DNA of 64,000 bases from contig NC_086097.1 of the NCBI RefSeq assembly GCF_963921235.1, positions 217,994,001 to 218,058,000 on the forward strand, written 5' to 3'. The notes below the pieces were generated by a model. It did no database searches, was not told the DNA's origin, and saw nothing but the letters and a program-made list of their open reading frames with translations. Within the stretch, counting starts at the first letter, position 1; each line of letters starts with the position of its first letter. Shown in pieces: positions 37,376 through 50,146 of this stretch. Position numbers and translations under genes: made by a program. The stretch comes from Mobula hypostoma. Taxonomy: Eukaryota.

Positions 37376-39826
37376 TAGTAGTAGTAGTAGTCATACTTTA
37401 TTGATCCCGGGGGAAATTGGTTTTCATTACAGTTGCACCATAAATAATAAATAGTAATAGAACCGTAAATAGTTAAATAGTAATATGTAAAATATGCCAG
37501 TAAATTATGAAATAAGTCCAGGACCAGGGTGTCTGACCCTCCAAGGGAGGGGTTGTAAAGTTTGATGGCCACAGGCAGGAATGACTTCCTATGGCGCTCT
37601 GTGTTGCATCTCGGTGGAATGAGTCTCTGGCTGGATGTACTCCTGTGCCCACCCAGTACATTATGTAGTGGATGGGAGACATTGACCAAGATAGCATGCA
37701 ACTTAGACAGCATCCTCTTTTCAGACACCACCGTGAGAGAGTCCAGTTCCATCCCCACAACATCACTGGCCTTACGAATGAGTTTGTTGATTCTGTTGGT
37801 GTCTGCTACCCTCAGCCTGCTGCCCCAGCACACAACAGCAAACATGATAGCACTGGCCACCACAGACTCGTAGAACATCCTCAGCATTGTCCGGCAGATG
37901 TTAAAGGACCTCAGTCTCCTCAGGAAATAGAGACGGCTCTGACCCTTCTTGTAGACAGCCTCAGTGTTCTTTGACCAGTCCAGTTTATTGTCAGTTCGTA
38001 TCCCCAGGTATTTGTAATCCTCCACCATGTCCACACTGACCCCCGGATGGAAACAGAGGTCACCGGTACCTTAGCTCTCCTCAGGTCTACCACCAGCTCC
38101 TTAGTCTTTTCCACATTAAGCTGCAGATAATTCTGCTCACACCATGTGACAAAGTTTCCTACCTTAGCCCTGTACTCAGCCTCATCTCCCTTGCTGATGC
38201 ATCCAACTATGGCAGAGTCATCCGAAAACTTCTGAAGATGACAAGACTCTGTGCAGTAGTTGAAGTCCGAGCTGTAAATGGTGAAGAGAAAGGGAGACAA
38301 GACAGTCCCCTGTGGAGCCCCAGTGCTGTGATCACTCTGTCGGACACACAGTGTTGCAAGCACACGTACTGTTGTCTGCCAGTCAGGTAATCAAGAATCC
38401 ATGATACCAGGGAAGCATCCACCTGCATCGCTGTCAGCTTCTCCCCCAGCAGAGCAGGGTGGATGGTGTTGAATGCACTGGAGAAGTCAAAATACATGAC
38501 CCTCACAGTTCTCGCTGGCTTGTCCAGGTGGGCGTAGACACGGTTCGGCAGGTAGACGATGGCATCCTTAACTCGTAGTCGGGGCTGGTAGGCGAACTGG
38601 AGGGGATGTAAGTGTGGCCTGACCATAGGCCGGAGCAGCTCCAGAATAAGTCTCTCCAGGGTCTTCATGATGTGGGAGGTCAATGCCACCGGTCTGTAGC
38701 CATTGAGGCCGCTGGGGTGCGGTGTCTTCGGCACAGGGACGAGGCAGGACATCTTCCACAGTACAGGAGCCCTCCGGAGCCTCAGGCTCAGGTTGAATAC
38801 ATGGCAAAGTACTCCACATAGCTGAGGGGCACAGACTTTGAGCACCCTGGTACTGACACCATCCGGTCCTGCAGCCTTGCTTGGGTTGAGACGTTTCAGC
38901 TGTCTTCTCACCTGTTCAGCTGTGAAGCCCACTGTGGTGGTTTCGTGTGGGAAAGGGGTATAGTCATGAGAGCAGGGTGGGGGACAGTGACGAGGGGTAG
39001 GAGGGGAGAGTGGAATATCTGTTGGTTGGGGGCCGACAACAGATGGCTCATGTGGGGGATGGGCAGGGGCCACAGTGTCAAATCTGTTAAAGAACAGGTT
39101 AAGTTCATTGGCCCTGTCCATACTGCCTTCAGCTCCTCTGTTGCTAGTTTGCCGGAACCCTGTGATGCTCCTCATCCCCCTCCAGACCTCTCTCATGTTG
39201 TTCTGCTGGAGTTTCCACTCAAGCTTCCTCCTGTACCTGTCTTTAGCCTCCCTGATCCTGGCTTTCAGGTCCCTCTGTATTGCCCTCAGCTCCTCCCTAT
39301 TTCCATCTCCAAACACCCTCTTTTTAGCGTTCAGGATGTCCTTTGTCACCCATGGCTTTTTATTTGAATAACAAGGGACAGTTCTTGTTGGAACATTGCA
39401 GTCCACACAGAGGTTGTTTTAATCAGTGATGCAATCTGTGAGCCCATCAATATCCTCTCCATGTGGCTCACAGAGTGCCTGCCAGTCTATCACCTCAAAA
39501 CAACCCTGGAGCGCCTCATAAGCCTCCTCCAACCATTTTCTCACTGTCCTCGAGGTTGCAGGTTTACTCTTCACCAGCGGCAAGTAGCAGGATTTGAGAT
39601 GCACCAGGTTGTGATCTGACCTTCCCAGTGGGGGGGAGGGGAGAGGAGCTGTATGCATCCTTAACGTTAGCGTACATCAAATCCAGAGCCCTCTCCCCTC
39701 TGGTTGTACAGCTAACATACTGCGTGTAGTTGGGCAGTGTTCCAGCCATGGTAACCTGGTTGAAGTCACCCGAGATGGTAATGAGGGCACTCGGATGCTG
39801 GGTTTGTAATCTGGCTATGATGGTTA
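37376..39826 (-). mobile_element. Rex1/Babar LINE, 5'-truncated
   Basis: APE motifs SGDFNQ, LDLMY, SDHNL; RT motifs KAAGPDG, YRPVALTS, FDFSSAFNTI, GAPQGTVLSP, KFSDDS; (cta)n tail; several frameshifts. Confidence 0.93.
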
Positions 39827-40616
39827 CCTTGTGTGCACACTTCATCAGTCTGTTAGTAAGCTTGACAACGCAGATGATCAGTTTACCAATATTTGTTCAG
39901 GTTTTCCCCTAATAAGGGGCCTGTGGTATCCGTCAGGAGGAAAAGCAAGCAAGGTTGTTATTTAAAATATCAAATTTAAGAATCCCTATATTGACAAAGC
40001 AACAACTGAAAGACACATGAAATACATATATGTATATCACTGCACAAAGCAGTACGATAAAGATTGGAATATGTAATAAAAATAAAATTAAAAAGCTACA
40101 TACACAATAACGGTAAAAATATCCAATAGTCATCTGAGGGACTTTTACATGAGAAAATTATTGTTGGGAACTGGGAGGTCCTATAATTAAATACCACCAG
40201 CTTTCAATTGGGCTGTATGGTGATAATATTATTTTAATGTGCTTTTTTCCCTGATAACTTTGGGTTATTAATTTAAGGTCATACCATGACAATGAGCCCT
40301 GTGCAGATTTCAACAGTGAAGGCCACAACATTGTATCCCTGGGAGGAAATGCCAGATTTCTAAATTCATCTCTGTATGTGAGATGCCATAAGTTTTAATC
40401 AGCAATAATACTGAGCACTGATACTCTGCATTATTAGGATATTAATTTCTGTATTGTTGCTTTGTTGGGGCAGAATTTTAAGATAGCTATGACAAGCACC
40501 TAAGTGGCTTTCTCTATCCTCCTTTGCATAAATCAGTTTAATTGTGGTAGATAAAACTTATGAACTGAAAAATACTGTTGTTAATCTGGGCATTTTGCTG
40601 AAATATACATAGAGTA

Positions 40617-42850
40617 TATTGATCATGGACAAGGATAGATCTGGTCCTAGGGTTGAGGTTCTTAACTGGAAGAAGGCCAAATTTGAAGAAACGAGAAAGG
40701 ATCTAAAAAGCGTGGATTGGGACAGGTTGTTCTCTGGCATGGATGTGATCGGTAGGTGGGAAGCCTTCAAAGCAGAAATTTTGAGAGTGCAGAATTTGTA
40801 TGTTCCTGTCAGGATTAAAGGCAAGGTGAATAGGAATAAGGAACCTTGGTTCTCAAGGGATATTACAACTCTGATAAAGAAGAAGAGGGAGTTGTATGAC
40901 GTGTATAGGAAGCAGGGAGTAAATAAGGTGCTTGAGGGGTATAAGAAGTGCAAGAAAATACTTAAGAAAGAAATCAGGAGGGCTAAAAGAAGACATGAGG
41001 TTGCCTTGGCAGTCAAAGTGAAGGATAATCCAAAGAGCTTTTACAGGTATATTAAGAGCAAAAGGATTGTAAGGGATAAAATTGGTCCTCTTGAAGATCA
41101 GAGTGGTCGGCTATGTGCGGAACCAAAGGAAATGGGGAAGATCTTAAATAGGTTTTTTGAGTCTGTGTTTACTAATGAAACTGGCATGAAGTCTATGGAA
41201 TTAAGGGAAACAAGTAGTGAGATCCTGGAAACTGTACAGATCGAAAAGGAGGAGGTGCTTGCTGTCTTGAGGAAAATAAAAGTGGATAAATCCCCAGAAC
41301 CTGACAGGGTGTTCCCTCGGACCTTGAAGGAGACTAGTGTTGAAATTGCAGGGGCCCTGGCTGAAATATTTAAAATGTCGCTGTCTACAGGTGAGGTGCC
41401 GGAGGATTGGAGACTGGCTCATGTTGTTCCATTGTTTAAAAAAGGATCGAAAAGTAATGCGGGAAATTATAGGCCAGTAAGTTTAACGTCGGTAGTAGGT
41501 AAGTTATTGGAGGGAGTACTAAGAGACAGAATCTACAAGCATTTGGATAGACTGGGACTTATTAGGGAGAGTCAACATGGCTTTGTGCGTGGTAGGTCAT
41601 GCTTGACCAATCTATTGGAGTTTTTCGAGGAGGTTACCAGGAAAGTGGATGAAGGGAAGGCAGTGGATATTGTCTACATGGACTTCAGTAAGGCCTTTGA
41701 CAAGGTCCCACTTGGGAGGTTAGTTAGGAAAATTCAGTCGCTAGGTATACATGGAGAGGTGGTAAATTGGATTAGACATTGGCTCGATGGAAGAAGCCAG
41801 AGAGTGGTGGTAGAGAATTGCTTCTCTGAGTGGAGGCCTGTGACTAGTGGTGTGCCACAGGGATCAGTGCTGGGTCTATTATTATTTGTCATCTATATCA
41901 ATGATCTGGATGATAATGTGGTAAATTGGATCAGCAAGTTTGCTGATGATACAAAGATTGGAGGTGTAGTAGACAGTGAGGAAGGTTTTCAGAGCCTGCA
42001 GAGGGACTTGGACCAGCTGGAAAAATGGGCTAAAATATAGCAGATGGAGTTTAATACTGACAAGTGTGAGGTATTGTATGTTGGAAGGACAAACCAAGGT
42101 AGAACATACAGGGTTAATGGTAAGGCACTGAGGAGTGCAGTGGAACAGAGGGATCTGGGAATACAGATACAAAATTCCCTAAAAGTGTCGTCACAGGTAG
42201 ATAGGGTCGTAAAGAGAGCTTTTGGTACATTGGCCTTTATTAATCAAAGTATTGAGTATAAGAGCTGGAATGTTATGATGAGGTTGTATAAGGCATTGGT
42301 GAGGCAGAATCTGGAGTATTGTGTTCCGTTTTGGTCACCAAATTACAGGAAGGATATAAATAAGGTTGAAAGAGTGCAGAGAAGGTTTACAAGGATGTTG
42401 CCAGGACTTGAGAAACTCAGTTACAGAGAAAGGTTGAATAGGTTAGGACTTTATTCCCTGGAGCGTAGAGGAATGAGGGGAGATTTGATAGAGGTATATA
42501 AAATTATGATGGGTATAGATAGAGTGAATGCAAGCAGGCTTTTTCCACTGAGGCAAGGGGAGAAAAAAACCAGAGGACATGGGTTTAGGGTGAGGGGGGA
42601 AAAGTTTAAAGGGAACATTAGCGGGGGCTTCTTCACATAGAGAGTGGTGGGAGTATGGAATGAGCTGCCAGATGAGGTGGTAAATGCGGGTTCTTTTTTA
42701 ACATTTAAGAATAAATTGGACAGATACATGGATGGGAGGTGTATGGAGGGATATGGTCCGTGTGCAGGTCAGTGGGACTAGGCAGAAAATGGTTCGGCAC
42801 AGCCAAGAAGGGCCAAAAGGCCTGTTTCTGTGCTGTAGTTTCTATGGTTT
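40617..42850 (+). mobile_element. Young CR1 LINE, 5'-truncated
   Basis: 473-aa and 198-aa ORFs in one frame split by a single TAG (42038-42040); NYRPVSLTS, QHGF, DFSKAFD, GVPQGS, KFADDTK. Confidence 0.95.
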
Positions 42851-43059
42851 AAAAGAAAACTACAAATACAGCAATCTGTTATGGCAAGTGGCATATTGAA
42901 CTTTATTGCAAGGGAGCTGCAATTTAAAAAAAAGGATTTGTGTTAAGATTGTACAGAACCTTGTTGCAAATGTGTTTGGAGTACCCTGTCCAGTTTTAGA
43001 ACATTTAGATAAATAAATATGGAATTAGTGCAGCATAATTTACTGAATTGATCCACGTC

Positions 43060-43356
43060 CCCTCGCCCTCCCCCCCCCACACGCAGCTTCGCCCTCCCCC
43101 CACACGCCGCTTCGCCCTCCCCCCACACGCCGCTTCGCCCTCCCTCCCACACGCCGCTTCGCCCTCCCCCCCACACGCCGCCTCGCCCTCCCCCCACACG
43201 CCGCCTTGCCCTCCCCCCCACACGCCGCCTTGCCCCCCCCACACGCTGCCGCGTCCTCCCCCCACTCTCCCCCTCACCCCTCCCCCTCGCCCTCCTCCCA
43301 CACGCCCCCTCCCCCTCTTCCACCCCCCTCCTCCCCCTCTCTCCCCTCTTCCACCC
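43060..43356. repeat. C-rich minisatellite, unit of about 23-24 bp, decaying into a C/T tract
   Basis: About 8 copies of cgccctccccccacacgccgc(t/c)t. Confidence 0.9.
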
Positions 43357-43791
43357 TTCAGAAAATAAAAGAATCTCAATGAAATATTGTCAGAAAAAAT
43401 CTATATACTACTCTCAATGCATTACAAATACAGGAAAAGGGGTCATCTAGGGTTGAGATTAGAAGAGATTTCTTTAAGCATAGGATTGTACTCAAGTTAT
43501 AAGGAGTATGGAAATTCTGTGCTTGAATATATCCAAGGTTGAATTCAATTGGTATTTGAACTTAAAAATAATCAGGGCATATGGGGATCAGAGGTACAGG
43601 ATCAATCATGATTTTACTAAGTACTATAACAGGCTTGAGTGTCTTTGTGGCCTTTTCTTTGTTTTCTCATTCTCGAAATTGTGAACCTGCACATAAAATC
43701 TGATGAAAAATATAAGAATGTCAGGGTTTTGTTTAGTACAGTAGAAAATATGGAACATTATATTGTTTTAAAATGGAAATTTAATTTCCAG

Positions 43792-43938
43792 CAAAGGCTT
43801 AAAAATGAAGAAATTGTGCGGTTGGCTGAAGAACGTCGAAAATTAGTGGAAAAAAAACGAAAAGAAGAAGAAGAAAAGCTGGAGGAGTTGTTCCGACAGC
43901 AAGCAGAAAGGGAACAGTCTGCAAGGGCAGATGAGAAG
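43792..43938 (+). CDS. CSPP1: CSPP1 exon H (QRLKNEEIVRLAEER...)
   Basis: ttccag acceptor, gtaggt donor; resembles human QRLKNEEHIRLAEER. Confidence 0.93.
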
Positions 43939-44384
43939 GTAGGTTATATGTTTGAGTTTAAAAAGTGAAGACTATCAAAAGAGAGTCTATTTGAAATATT
44001 TTCTCTTATTGGGAGTAAATTGTTAATATAATTGCCACTATTTCTTTATCAACTTACTATCAGTAAAGGGCCGAAATTAAATTGAGTATCATGGGCTGAA
44101 GGGCATGTTCCTGTGGTGCGATATTCTATTTATCAATTATTGATCCAAAAATCCAAAGATGCTGAAGTGTCTTTATAGGTTTTATCAGAGGATTTCATGT
44201 AAAATGTTTTGCAATGTAAGTTTGCAGAGTAATCCTTGATGCTCGCAGTATAATATTTGGGTATTGAATTTAAGGGCTTGATTTTGGATAAAGAGTTAAA
44301 ATTTTTGAGATAAGTGATGATAGGCATGATTTAAAGCCATCTGCTCAAGCACAGATAGTTCATTGAGTGTATATAATGTTTAAT

Positions 44385-45061
44385 CTCAGTTGGTCCCTCA
44401 ACACCATCTCTGTGGTCAAGAAGGCACAGCAGCATATCCACTTCCTGAGGAGAATGAGATGAGTGACACTCTGCCCCCCCCCCCGCTCCCATTTTAACCA
44501 ATTTTCCAAAAGTGCCTTGACTAGTTGCATCACCACTTGGTACAAGAATTGCAAGGCATCTGACCACAAGTGCCTACAAAAGATTGCGAGGACTGCTGAG
44601 AGGATCATCGGGGTCTCTCTTCCACCCACTAGTGATCATATTCAGGAATGCTGCATATTCAGGGCCCTTAGCATTGTCAATGATCCCTCCAATCTGTCCA
44701 TTAATCTCTTTGACACCCCCTCCCCCCCCCCCCAGCAATCAGCAGGCAGGAGGTACGAGGTACCGTAGTATTATGGCAAATATTGTTAGGGTTGTAAATA
44801 GTTTCTTTGCCCAGGCCATAAGACTACTGAACTCCCTGCCACCAACCAGGTCTCATCATGTATAAATGCCAGCAGCATTATACTGTTTAATTTTTAACTT
44901 GTATATGCATCTTAGTTGTTAACTTATTTGTGATAATATTACTTTATATATTATGTTTGTGAGTTATATTTACTGTGTTGTGCACCTTGGTCTTGAAGAA
45001 TATTGTTTCATTTGGCAGTATACATGTGTATAGTTGAATGACAATAAACTGAACTTGAACT
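44385..45061 (+). mobile_element. Rex1/Babar 3' fragment
   Basis: LTSCITTWY, LQKIARTAERIIG, NSFFAQAIRLLN; aataaa plus (gaactt)n tail. Confidence 0.8.
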
Positions 45062-46143
45062 TCCCCCCCCCAAAATTCCACTTGCGTGTAGGATGTAAAG
45101 TATATAGATAAAGAGAAAAGCCAGTGGAAAGGCTATATCAGGGTAAAAGAGGGCTTTTTTGACAGGGCACTGGTTTCTGATAAAGAAGATTAAGAAGAAG
45201 GATATCCTGCATTTCTGAGTGGAATTATTCTTCATTGCTTTTCAGTCCCTCTCTCCTGCATCAGTTGGTGCAGGTCTGCCTGGTTTGCTGTTCTCTCCCA
45301 TTGCTCATCCAGCCAAAGGGAGATCCTCAGTAAGATGGTACTGACAAAGTACTCCAATTCTCTTTATGACCCCTACAGATGATAAATGAGTAAGAGTTGC
45401 CACATAAATTTACCTTTACATTGCCAGAATAATTTGTGAAATGTAAGTAAAATATGTATTAAAATGTACTAACCAATTTTGAGCACATTTTTGGGAGAGT
45501 TAATATCATTAATATGATGTGTCCATTTTAGTGTAGACTCATTTTGCAACTTACTGCTGTTTTTCCTGGCATCAATCACTTCACTGCAGTTAGTTTGAGC
45601 AGGTTCCTCTTCAAAATTAGAAAGTTGTAAATGTCATACAAAATCTTGTAGTAAGGAAATGTCCATCAAATCATTAAGTAAGTCAGAAATAAAAGGGAAA
45701 GATATATGACAAGAACTAGTACCAAAGATCTACACTTTTCCTCATGCTTCTGATGAGGAGGTAAACCATAACATCATCTTCAACCCTTTGGAGAGTGTTA
45801 GTGAGAAATGATGGAAATGGAGGTCCTTTCAGTGAACAAGAGGACCTTAACAAGATTCTGAAGAACACTGTATGCAGGTGATATCTTTTCTTCTCCAAAA
45901 GGCACTTATGACTGGAAATTAAATTGTCCATAAGGGTGTGAGCACTTTCCTTGAATGCTTGCTCAATTTGTCTGAAACTTGAAGTTTATCTATGACTTCT
46001 GAGACGTTGGATCTGACTTTTTAATCCTTAGACTGTTTAATTATTTTCTTTGCAGTTTACCAATTAATTATCTGCTTCTCTATATTTTAAGTAGTCCTTG
46101 TATACATGTAACAGTTTATTCTTCCTAGTGGCCACAATATGTA

Positions 46144-46516
46144 CAGTGGCATGCTAAAGTTTGGGCACCTCTGGTTAAAATTTCTGTTACTGTGAATAGT
46201 TAAGTGAGTAGAAGATGAGCTGATCTCCAAAAGTCATAAAGTTAAAGATGAAACATTCTTTTCAACATTATAAGCAAGATTAGTATATTATTTTTGTTTT
46301 GTAGAATTTTAGAGTGGAAAAAAAGGAAAGGAGCACCATGCAAAAGTTTGGGCACCCCAAGAGGTTTGAGCTCTCAGATAACTTTTACCAAGGTCTCAGA
46401 CCTTAATTAGCTTGTTAGGGCTATGGCTTGTTCACAGTCATCATTAGGAAAGGCCAGGTAATGTAAGTTTCAAAGCTTTATAAATACCCTGACTCCTCAA
46501 TTTTTGCATGCCACTG
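46144..46516 (+). mobile_element. 373-bp deletion derivative of the Tc1 family at 1429-3045
   Basis: TA-flanked; left 357 nt align to 1429-1785 and join the last 16 nt of the right TIR. Confidence 0.92.
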
Positions 46517-46889
46517 TATATGCAATTTCAGTGTGTTCCCTAGTGGTTATACAAAGTATGATTCTGGAAGCTTTTGCTCGGTACCACCTTACTTGAATAA
46601 GAATTATCTCATTGGTCAACTGTTATCTACGAATCTGAATGCAATCTTTATTATCTATAAAAGAGCTGTTCCATGAGGTCAGCTCCATCTTAATCTTAGA
46701 TCGTAGTTCTTTTGACTCTCCTTTCACGTATTAGATCTCTATCATTTGTTTCAATTTTTCTATGTTCTATCAGTGCTTAATAAAACGATTGTGAAGCAAA
46801 CAAGTTTTGTGCTTGTTTGCCTCTTTCCTGACTTCTGAAAGAACCTTGGATTAAAGGATCAGAATCCAACAGATTCCATGAGACCTCGT

Positions 46890-47451
46890 GGTTGCATCAT
46901 GGCCCTATATGAAAACATGAATACCTTTGCATGGAAAAGCTTACAAAAATTAGTGGATACAACTCAGTTCATCATGGGTACGTGGAATGCTTTTGCAGGA
47001 AAGTAGCATTCATCATCAAGGACCTCCACCATCCAAGCCATGCTATCTTCTTGCTGCTGCCATTAGGAAGGAGTTACAGGAGCCTCAGGACTCATACCAC
47101 CAGCTTCAGGAAGTTACTATCTCTCAACCATCAGGCTCTTGAACCACAGGGGATAACTTCACTCATCTTCACTCACCCTAACACTGAACTATTTGTTCAA
47201 CCTATGGACTCAATTTCAAGGACTCTTAGTTTTATCTTCTCAATATTTATTGTTATTTAATTATTATTATTATTATTTTTGTATTTGTACAGATTGTTGT
47301 CTTTTGCATATTGGTTGTTTGTCTTGTGTGTGCTCTTTCATAAGTTCTATAGTATTTCTTTGTATTTACTGTGCATGCCCACTAGAGAATGTATCTCAGG
47401 GTTTTACGATGACGTATATGTACTTTGATAATAAATTTACTTTGAACTTTG
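46890..47451 (+). mobile_element. Rex1/Babar 3' fragment
   Basis: IIKDLHHPSHAIFLLLP.GR.YRS; (tttgaac)n-like tail. Confidence 0.75.
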
Positions 47452-48486
47452 GTAAATTCAAGCTCACATGAATCTGAATAACTCAAAGTGCTAATTCTGT
47501 TAATGTACATCAGACATGACATGTTGCTGCTCATTGGTGCATTGTCAAAAAAAAAGCTCAATTGGCAGTTTTTGGTCATGTGACTTTTGGGACTACAACT
47601 ATAGTTCAAGACACTCAGCACTGCAATCCCCATAATGCTCTTTATAAAGACTTAAAACTCATAATTTATTGGTATCAGTTTTGAAATGGTTTACAGTGTT
47701 CCCTTGTTTAACATTACTCTAAAAAAATAGTGGATGTTAGGAGTTGAACTTCCCATGTTTGTGGTGACCTTCCTTATAACTCTGACCTCGAGAAGAACTT
47801 CTTAAAAGAGTTACATTACAATAAAACTTACTCAGTTAGTGAAAGTTGGCAGGGAATGAATTGCTACCACATTTATAAGAGAAGGGTGAGGTTATTAGGA
47901 TCACAGGAGGAACTTGCGGAGTCTGTGAAGAACAATGCACAAAAGAACTGGTTTGGCAGGACAAACAACTGATAGATTTCGAGGCGTTTATGTATTTAGA
48001 AAAGCTAAGCAAGAATTTGTGGAATAAGTGTTGCTAGTACTTTTGAAAAAAATGTTTCAGCATCTTCAAAGGTTGTATTCAAAGCTGTAGCTACAAGTGA
48101 GTCTGAAGGCACTTTAGCTACTTCATCATGTTGCTGTTTTGCACCAAGCAGAATATATATAAATGTTATGGTGTAATATTTTGGGTCAGTTTGGATACCC
48201 TGGAACCTCTTTACCTCCTAAAGTGTTCAGGGAATTTTTTTTTTCTCTTTACTTTGATAGAATATTAGCATTAATGAGTGGAATGTTCATTGTCCTTTTT
48301 CTGAGTAATATAGGAATTAGTTTTAAACTTTATTACTTTTTCTCACCTCTTCTTTGACTGACAAAACAGACTTGTCATGTTGAGATGCTTTCATCTGTGA
48401 CAATGTAAGTTCTACTATCAATGAAGATTTTGCTTTATTGTCATGAAAAGAAATTAATAGATTGCAGTGAAATTTCTGCATTTCAG

Positions 48487-48588
48487 AGACCACCTTCCCC
48501 ACCAATTCCAACTGTGAAGAACAAACAGTTTACATTTCCAAGAGCTGATTTGTCTCCTGTAAATGGCTCCATGCACGAATTAGACTTG
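48487..48588 (+). CDS. CSPP1: CSPP1 exon I (RPPSPPIPTVKNK...ELDL)
   Basis: tttcag acceptor (an in-frame AG ending at 48450 is an alternative), gtgagt donor; resembles human RQPSPIVPALQNK. Confidence 0.8.
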
Positions 48589-49414
48589 GTGAGTTCCTTC
48601 GACTCTTCTGATAATGAATAACTAAATAATTTAAAAAATACTATTAGAAATAAGGGGAAAACATTCGATATAATTTTTGGTTTGCAATTTTGTATTTTAT
48701 TTTGGTGATCAGTTCTACTTATTGGGATAGTTGCCTTCTTTGTCGTCATCGATGGTTGTCTTCCTTGTATTCTTGAGTTAAAAGGATAAATTAGTTTTTA
48801 TATAATATAATTGAATTTTGAGAGTGGTTAAACGTTTTAGCAAAAGAACGGTGTATTAGGTTTATCCTGGCCACCAAGGAGATTGTCACTTAAATTTGTA
48901 AACATTTGCACCTACGATACAATGTAGATCGAGACAGAAACCACATTGCCAGTAATTAAAAGGGCACTAAGGTGATGAATTCGTATTCATCTAGTTTGAT
49001 GGTGGAATTTTTCGGAAAGCTAACAACTTTTTCTCTCGGCAGAGATAGAACAAACATGATCATCCATCCAATTCCCCTGTGACTGGATGTCATATTCTTT
49101 TGGCCACGTTGGAAAAACCTAAGCATTCCAATTCAGAATAAACATTTCAGTTGAGACAGTGGAGCCATGACTGCTGATAGTGATTGCACTAAAGTAAATT
49201 AATTTTCTTTAATGTTTGCTTTCATTGTACATACATACAACTTAGAAACAGGGTATCAACATATGGCCAGTCCAGAGCATTCCATAAAAGCCACTATTTA
49301 AATATCTGCAACTTCTAAAGCTCCATCCAGGGACATTTTAATCAGTGCTTCATTTACATAACTTTGAAACATTAAACTTTTTTTGTTGTTTTAAATAATA
49401 TTTTGGTTTAATAG

Positions 49415-49481
49415 GATCATCCACATTCAGGGACCAAGTCGCCACCTGTTCCTGCTAGACGGAATCAGCTTCGAGCGCATG
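49415..49481 (+). CDS. CSPP1: CSPP1 exon J (...KSPPVPARRNQLRAH)
   Basis: aatag acceptor, gtaaca donor; conserved SPPVPAR motif. Confidence 0.93.
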
Positions 49482-50019
49482 GTAACATTGCTCTAAAATA
49501 TAATTAGTTACTGGACAGTTCTGAGTACTAAAATTTAGTGAGATTATGATAGAAAATTACAGCGTTATTACAAACAAAATCTGATTGTTTATTTACCATT
49601 TAGACTTAAATTATTTATTTTATTACTGTTGTCAGTATGTGTGTGGTACCGTAAATAGAATGTCTGTAAAACGGACAGGAATTGTGAAACCTGCACTTCA
49701 TTGTTATGAATTGTGAGGCTGTTTACTCTGGTCCTTAAAGCAATAGACTGAACCATTTTTTAAATGGTAAGAAGCTAAGAAATCTGAAGATCATGCAGGT
49801 TTAGGGGTGTAAGTTCATTTCTAAACATTGCAGATTGTCTCTGGAGTAGATGGTACTAGAGATTCACCAGAACATAATGGTCAAAAGAGTTAAATGGGGA
49901 AAGTAGTTTTTTTCTTTAAGCTTGTTATTCATTGTTTACAAAGATCAAAGATGATGAAACTTGGATATTTTTGGTATTTTTATTTGTAATTTGACTATTC
50001 TCTTCCTGTGTTTTAACAG

Positions 50020-50146
50020 AAGAAAAGAGAGATATAATTAGTGAACTATCAGCTTTGAGAAGACAGCTGCGAAGTGAGGAACGTCGTCTTGAGGACCAGT
50101 TTCAAAATGCTGATATAGAAGATGATGGAGCAGTTGCAAATGTCAG
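50020..50146 (+). CDS. CSPP1: CSPP1 exon K (EEKRDIISELSALRRQLRSEERRL...)
   Basis: aacag acceptor, gttaga donor; conserved QLRSEERRL motif. Confidence 0.93.

Noticed and set aside
43060..43250. CRISPR-like array
   Set aside because: Units are tandem with no unique spacers, there are no cas genes, and the DNA is eukaryotic.
42943..43379. Gly/Arg-rich and Pro-rich ORFs on both strands
   Set aside because: Artefacts of the stop-free C-rich minisatellite.
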